From contig CAXBEI010000002.1 in the NCBI GenBank assembly GCA_963974765.1, positions 588,450 to 652,449 of the forward strand: DNA of 64,000 nt, read 5' to 3'. Source of the stretch: an uncultured Sphingorhabdus sp. (lineage in GTDB: Bacteria; Pseudomonadota; Alphaproteobacteria; Sphingomonadales; Sphingomonadaceae). Below, piece after piece: positions 58,698-64,000 of the stretch. The notes below the pieces were generated by a model. It searched no databases and was not told where the DNA came from. It worked only from the letters and a program-made list of their open reading frames with translations. The translations under genes and the position numbers were made by a program. Position 1 is the stretch's first letter; each line of letters starts with the position of its first letter.

Positions 58698-59300
58698 GTG
58701 CAGTCTATGTGGATAGAACCAATATTGGCGTTATTGCTCGGCTATTTGCTGGGCTCGGTCCCTTTTGGCCTTGTTTTGACACGCCTTTCCGGCGGTGGTG
58801 ATCTGCGTCAGACGGGCTCCGGCAATATCGGCGCTACCAACGTATTGCGCACCGGTAACAAAGGGCTGGCTGCGCTGACCCTGTTGCTCGATATGGGGAA
58901 GGGATATGCTGCGGTCTATATTGCACTGCAGATTTCCGACGGACTGGGCGTTTTAGCCGGTCTGGGCGCCTTTCTCGGCCATCTTTACCCTGTCTGGCTC
59001 CGGTTCAACGGTGGTAAAGGCGTCGCGACCCTGCTCGGCGTTGTGACCGCCCTGATTCCCATGGCGGGGTTGATATTTGCGGTCACATGGCTTGGTTCGC
59101 TGGCGATCTGGCGCTATTCTTCGGTCGGGGGCATGCTTGCGGCCATTTCGGTGCCGATAGCGGCCTTCGTTCTGGGAGAATATGCCATGATGCCCATGTT
59201 CATCGGCTTGGCGCTGCTGGTATTGTGGAAGCACCGCTCCAACATCGAACGGTTGATCGCTGGCGAAGAGCCGAAAGTCGGAGCATCAAAAAAGGTCTGA
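58698..59300 (+). CDS. plsY: Glycerol-3-phosphate 1-O-acyltransferase PlsY
   Basis: GSVPFG, GSGNIGATNVLR, GHLYP, GGKGVAT, HRSNI. Confidence 0.96.
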   Translation: MQSMWIEPILALLLGYLLGSVPFGLVLTRLSGGGDLRQTGSGNIGATNVLRTGNKGLAALTLLLDMGKGYAAVYIALQISDGLGVLAGLGAFLGHLYPVWLRFNGGKGVATLLGVVTALIPMAGLIFAVTWLGSLAIWRYSSVGGMLAAISVPIAAFVLGEYAMMPMFIGLALLVLWKHRSNIERLIAGEEPKVGASKKV

Positions 59301-59305
59301 AGTGA

Positions 59306-60424
59306 ATGGAAGAAAGCCAGGAAGCGTTTGACCGGCTCCGGCTTATCCGATCCGAGAATATCGGACCCGTCACCTACCGGCAATTGATCAGAAGATTTGG
59401 TTCTGCAGCGCGTGCGCTGGAAGCTATTCCCGATTTGGCAGCGCGTGGTGGCGGCCGCTCGCCACGAATTGCCGACGAGCGTCAAATTGCATCCGAAATA
59501 AAGGCGATACAGGGTATCGGTGCGGGATTGCTGTTTATCGATGATACCGAATATCCGGCCTTGCTGACGGGACTGGGAAATCCACCGCCCATATTGCTGT
59601 GGCAGGGGCGACTGGAGCTTATGCGACAGCCGATGGTCGCAATGGTCGGCGCGCGAAACGCTTCTGCCGCAGCCTGCCGCTTTGCCCGTGATCTGGCTAA
59701 CAGTCTGGCCGAGGCGGGCGTCTCGGTAGTTTCGGGGCTTGCCAAAGGCATCGACACAGCGGCCCATCAGGGCTCGCTTAAAAAGGCGACAATTGCTGTC
59801 ATTGCCGGCGGACTGGATGTTTTCTATCCGCCGGAGAATGAAGAGATACAGCGAAAGATAGCCGAGCACGGATTGTTATTGGCAGAACAGCCACCCGGAA
59901 CGGAACCCCGCGCCCGGCATTTTCCCTATCGCAACCGGATCATCGCCGGACTGGCCAGAGGCACGGTCGTCATCGAAGCTGCGCCACGTTCCGGATCGTT
60001 GATTACAGCACGGCTGGCCGCAGAGGCTGGCCGACAGGTTATGGCGGTCCCCGGCTCTCCACTCGATCCCCGGTCAAGGGGCTGCAACATGCTGATCCGC
60101 GAGGGGGCGACCTTGATCCAGTCGGCCGACGACATATTGGAGATGATTCTTCATTTCGACGATCGCGCGGAATCAGCGACTCGAGGCCATGAATTGCGGG
60201 CAGTACGGGACAATGCGATCACCCATGAAGCAGGGCAGACGGATATCCACATCACGGAGCGGGCACCGGTGGTAGACCTGCTCAGCATCACGCCGGTGAC
60301 CGTCGATGAACTGGTTAGACAATCGGGACTGGCCGCACCTTCGGTGCAATTGGCGCTGCTCGAACTGGAACTCGCCGGTCGGCTGACCCGCCATGCGGGT
60401 GCCCGGGTGAGCTTGTTGAACTGA
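59306..60424 (+). CDS. dprA: DNA-processing protein DprA
   Basis: IGPV, VGARNAS, VSGLAKGID, FPYRNRIIAG, SGSLITA, VPGSP. Confidence 0.96.
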   Translation: MEESQEAFDRLRLIRSENIGPVTYRQLIRRFGSAARALEAIPDLAARGGGRSPRIADERQIASEIKAIQGIGAGLLFIDDTEYPALLTGLGNPPPILLWQGRLELMRQPMVAMVGARNASAAACRFARDLANSLAEAGVSVVSGLAKGIDTAAHQGSLKKATIAVIAGGLDVFYPPENEEIQRKIAEHGLLLAEQPPGTEPRARHFPYRNRIIAGLARGTVVIEAAPRSGSLITARLAAEAGRQVMAVPGSPLDPRSRGCNMLIREGATLIQSADDILEMILHFDDRAESATRGHELRAVRDNAITHEAGQTDIHITERAPVVDLLSITPVTVDELVRQSGLAAPSVQLALLELELAGRLTRHAGARVSLLN

Positions 60425-60547
60425 ACTTTGGTAGACAGGCTAATTTTCAATCGCCATTGACAAAAAACTTCATTCAGGGCCTTGACCTAAGCCCAGTCCT
60501 TGCCACAGCCTCGCGCGTATGCGTGAGAACAAAGAAAATCGGAACAT

Positions 60548-63142
60548 ATGCAGCTAGTTATCGTCGAGTCCCCCGCTAAAGCCAAAACCATTGAAAAATA
60601 TCTGGGATCGGATTTCAAGGTTTTGGCATCCTACGGCCATATCCGCGACCTTCCGCCAAAGGATGGCTCGGTCGATCCGGACGAGGGTTTTGCTATGACC
60701 TGGCAGAATTATCCCGACAAGGCGAAGCAGCTCAAAGAGATCACCGCCGAATCGAAAAAAGCAACGCGATTAATCCTCGCGACCGACCCTGACCGCGAAG
60801 GAGAGGCGATCAGCTGGCATGTTCAGGAAGTGTTGCGGAATAAAAAAGCGCTGCCGGATAAAGTCGACCGGGTGACGTTCAACGCGATTACAAAAGCCGC
60901 CGTAACGGATGCCATGGCGCATCCCCGGGCGCTGGATGAGGATCTTATCGATGCCTATCGCGCACGCCGGGCCTTGGATTATCTTGTAGGTTTTACCCTG
61001 TCCCCGGTTTTGTGGCGCAAGCTTCCGGGCGCGAAATCTGCCGGTCGTGTACAGTCGGTTTCGCTCAGGCTGATCGTCGAGCGGGAGCGGGAAATCGAGG
61101 CCTTCAGACCGCAGGAATATTGGTCGGTTACGGCTCAAATGGAGCAGGGCGGTCAGGCTTTTGAAGCACGACTGACGATCCATGACGGCAAGAAGCTCGG
61201 CAAGATGGATCTGGCCAATGAAGATCAGTCCATGCTCGCCAAGGCTGCGGTTGAAAATGGTCTGTTCACGATAGAATCGATCGAAACAAAACCGCTTACC
61301 CGCAATCCGCCACCTCCATTTACAACGTCTACCCTGCAGCAGGAAGCCGCGCGCAAGCTCGGCTATTCCGCCAGTCACACTATGCGGATTGCCCAGCAAT
61401 TATATGAAGATGGCGCAATAACCTATATGCGTACCGATGGCGTGCAAATGGACGGCAGCGCCATTTCAGCTGCGCGCAAGGCGATCGCGGATCGTTATGA
61501 TGCGAGCTATGTTCCCGACAGCCCGCGAATCTATAAATCCAAGGCCAAGAATGCGCAGGAAGCGCATGAAGCGATCCGTCCAACCAGTTTCACCAAGCGC
61601 ACCGCCGGTAGCGGGGATCATGCCAAGCTTTATGATCTCATTCTGAAGCGGGCGATGGCCAGCCAGATGGCGTCGGCACGGCTCGAACGCACCACCGTGG
61701 AGATGCTCGATGGTACCGGTAAAACCGGTCTCAGGGCTAACGGACAGGTCGTGAAATTCCCCGGATTCCTGGCGCTTTATGAAGAAGGTCGTGATGACGA
61801 CAAGGATGATGACGGCGGCTTGTTGCCAGCTATGTCCAAAGGCGACAGCCCGGCGAAGAAATCTGTCGACGCTTCCCAGCATTTCACCCAGCCTCCACCG
61901 CGCTACAGCGAAGCCAGCCTGGTCAAGAAGATGGAAGAACTGGGTATTGGGCGGCCATCGACCTATGCATCAATTATCAAGACGCTAAAAGATCGCGCCT
62001 ATGTGCGGATCGAGAAAAACCGCTTCTTCGCCGAGGAAAGCGGGCGGTTGCTGACCGGATTTCTCGAGCGCTTTTTCGACCGTTACGTAGCCTATGACTA
62101 TACCGCTGGTCTCGAAGATGAACTCGACGAAGTCAGCGGCGGTCGCGCCCAATGGCAGGCTATTCTCGAAGCCTTCTGGCATGATTTTAAACCGAAAACC
62201 GTTGAAGTGATGGAGAAATTGCCTTCGGAAGTGACCGCAGAGCTGGACACTTTTCTCAGCGATTATCTTTTCCCGGAAAAAGAAGACGGCACCGATCCGC
62301 GTCTTTGCCCGCGCTGCAACGAGGGCAAGCTGGCCCTGCGCGGTGGCCGCTTTGGCGCCTTTGTTGCCTGCTCCAACTATCCGGAATGCAAATTCACCCG
62401 GCGTTTTGCGCAGGGCGGCGGTGCCAATGGCGACGAGGATGAAGGCCCGCAGGAACTGGGCGTTGATCCCGACAGCGATGAAAAAATCACCAAGAAAGTC
62501 GGTCGCTTCGGACCCTATGTCGAAAAAGGGGAGGGCAAGGAAGCCAAACGCTCTTCGATCCCAAAGGATATTCCGGCGGAAGATTTCGGGCTGGAATGGG
62601 CCGTGAAGCTGTTGTCGCTCCCTCGCGAAGTTGGCAAGCATCCCGAAACCAGCGAACCCGTGATGGCGCAAATCGGCCGCTACGGCCCGTATCTGAGTCA
62701 TAATGGCAAATCTGCGCGCCTTGAAAATACGGCAGAAGTTTTCGAAATCGGCATGAACGCTGCCGTCGCCAAACTCGCAGATGCTGCGAAAAACGGTGGC
62801 GGTCGTGGCCGTGGCAAGATGGAACCGCTCAAGATCATGGGCAACCATCCGCGTACCGAGTCCGAGATCAAGCTGATGGACGGCCGCTATGGTCCATATG
62901 TTACCGACGGTACGACCAATGCGTCGTTGCCTAAGACGGTCGACAAGGATCAGCTGACTCTGGAAGAAGCCGCGCAGTTGATTGATGATCGCGCTGCCAA
63001 GGGCCCAGCCAAAAAACGGGCTAAAAAAGCTGCACCGAAAAAGAAGCCGGCTGCCAAGAAAAAGCCTGCTGCGAAGAAAAAGCCAGCGGCGAAAAAGAAA
63101 CCGGCAGCCAAGAAGGCTCCAGCAAAGGCGAAGACCGAATAG
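60548..63142 (+). CDS. topA: DNA topoisomerase I with Lys/Ala-rich tail
   Basis: IVESPAKA, TDPDREGEAI, SAGRVQS, ITYMRTD (catalytic Tyr), EAHEAIRPT, GIGRPSTY, CPRC zinc ribbon. Confidence 0.98.
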   Translation: MQLVIVESPAKAKTIEKYLGSDFKVLASYGHIRDLPPKDGSVDPDEGFAMTWQNYPDKAKQLKEITAESKKATRLILATDPDREGEAISWHVQEVLRNKKALPDKVDRVTFNAITKAAVTDAMAHPRALDEDLIDAYRARRALDYLVGFTLSPVLWRKLPGAKSAGRVQSVSLRLIVEREREIEAFRPQEYWSVTAQMEQGGQAFEARLTIHDGKKLGKMDLANEDQSMLAKAAVENGLFTIESIETKPLTRNPPPPFTTSTLQQEAARKLGYSASHTMRIAQQLYEDGAITYMRTDGVQMDGSAISAARKAIADRYDASYVPDSPRIYKSKAKNAQEAHEAIRPTSFTKRTAGSGDHAKLYDLILKRAMASQMASARLERTTVEMLDGTGKTGLRANGQVVKFPGFLALYEEGRDDDKDDDGGLLPAMSKGDSPAKKSVDASQHFTQPPPRYSEASLVKKMEELGIGRPSTYASIIKTLKDRAYVRIEKNRFFAEESGRLLTGFLERFFDRYVAYDYTAGLEDELDEVSGGRAQWQAILEAFWHDFKPKTVEVMEKLPSEVTAELDTFLSDYLFPEKEDGTDPRLCPRCNEGKLALRGGRFGAFVACSNYPECKFTRRFAQGGGANGDEDEGPQELGVDPDSDEKITKKVGRFGPYVEKGEGKEAKRSSIPKDIPAEDFGLEWAVKLLSLPREVGKHPETSEPVMAQIGRYGPYLSHNGKSARLENTAEVFEIGMNAAVAKLADAAKNGGGRGRGKMEPLKIMGNHPRTESEIKLMDGRYGPYVTDGTTNASLPKTVDKDQLTLEEAAQLIDDRAAKGPAKKRAKKAAPKKKPAAKKKPAAKKKPAAKKKPAAKKAPAKAKTE

Positions 63143-63294
63143 CAGGCTGATTGACCACTATTCACAAGTGCGGGAAAATCGGTTCTGGCCGCTGGCTTGG
63201 CGCAGCAGGGCGGATTCCCGCGGACTGCCTATGCCATTGTCTGGCGGTCAGACCGGCTCCGCTTTTGGCTTCGGGAAGCAAATAATCTCGCCGG

Positions 63295-63846
63295 CTATTC
63301 AAAGATTTTTACGATATCTTCCTCCAGTACAGCCACTCTCATGCCGAGCTTGCTGACCACCAGAATATTCCTTGCCGACTGACGGTCAGCGGCAAGAAAT
63401 ATATATTGATCAACCGGGAATCCGCCCTCCATTGTGAAGGCGATATGCATGCGGTTTCCGTCTACCGAAATGGTTACCGGACCTTTGGCATCGCTCAACG
63501 AGCCGCGGTATAATTTGCTGTCGACGCGGTGGATTCGCCAACTGCGTTTGCGTGGCGGCTTCTCGCCTTCCAGCACCTCTTGCTCCAGGGTGAGAATTCC
63601 CTCCTCGTCGACGACGCCGTGGCTGCGGACGGTGATCTGAATCGGCGACGACAGGATTTTCCTCAATTCTCCGCGTCCTTCGGTCCGGCCGGCAAAGAAT
63701 AGCAGTGGATCCAAAACCGGTGATGATGCGTTGGCCGGGAGCGGTCTAGGTAGGGAGACACAACCCGATAATGTGAGAACAAGAAGGCATATCGCGATAA
63801 CTAGAAGCAGGCGACAGGCAGCAAGTTTCGTTGCTACCTGCGCCAT
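63295..63846 (-). CDS. DUF3833-like lipoprotein
   Basis: Lipobox LSGC and FFAGRTEGRG; predicted beta-rich (lipocalin-like). Confidence 0.65.
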   Translation of the reverse strand: MAQVATKLAACRLLLVIAICLLVLTLSGCVSLPRPLPANASSPVLDPLLFFAGRTEGRGELRKILSSPIQITVRSHGVVDEEGILTLEQEVLEGEKPPRKRSWRIHRVDSKLYRGSLSDAKGPVTISVDGNRMHIAFTMEGGFPVDQYIFLAADRQSARNILVVSKLGMRVAVLEEDIVKIFE

Positions 63847-63853
63847 CTTGCAT

Positions 63854-64000
63854 TCAAGCCGCTTTGGCTTTGGAAATCATCGCCGCGACCTCGTCGAGAA
63901 TAAGCAGGCGCTGCTTTTTCAATTCCTCGGCGCGTTCATCGGAGGCGGCTTCCACTTCCGATTCAATTCGGTGAATTTCCTTGTTCACGTCGTGATAACG
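63854..64000 (-). CDS. YdcH/DUF465-like small coiled-coil protein, 5'-truncated by the window edge
   Basis: Hand translation ...RYHDVNKEIHRIESEVEAASDERAEELKKQRLLILDEVAAMISKAKAA*. Confidence 0.7.
   Translation of the reverse strand, partial: RYHDVNKEIHRIESEVEAASDERAEELKKQRLLILDEVAAMISKAKAA

Noticed and set aside
59306-63142. dprA-topA as a defence or competence island
   Set aside because: plsY-dprA-topA is ordinary conserved synteny, with no adjacent defence or mobility genes.
1-64000. tRNA, rRNA, integrase, transposase or prophage genes
   Set aside because: None was recognised by eye on either strand; tRNAscan-SE and ISEScan would be needed to exclude them formally.

Overview
A 64-kb chromosomal core-genome segment of an alphaproteobacterium. 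Gene content, order and repeats suggest Sphingomonadales, possibly Parasphingorhabdus/Sphingorhabdus-like (inference, not searched). It is mostly housekeeping: tig, two clpP genes, clpX, mtgA, rpoH, rluD-like, chpT, rnpB, sodB, ftsY, mtaB, dapF, ffh-rpsP-rimM-trmD-rplS, asd, an Emr-type efflux operon, ahcY, ETF-QO, ispE, ilvD, a polyamine cluster, hemA, murI and plsY-dprA-topA. I found no tRNA, rRNA, CRISPR array, transposase, integrase or phage gene. Three things stand out. (1) An expanded phage-shock (Psp) locus at 10620-14989. A complete sigma-54/IHF/UAS promoter drives a 58-aa signal-peptide-like ORF missing from the ORF track, then pspA-pspB-pspC, then five tandem small single-TM coiled-coil paralogues resembling PspB and the PspC C-terminus. 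(2) An 84-bp palindromic repeat inserted in frame inside trmD, with a related intergenic copy at 10540-10612. (3) A structured leader on the TTG-initiated ornithine decarboxylase gene, possibly speF-like. Product calls come from reading protein motifs by eye; no database search was run.
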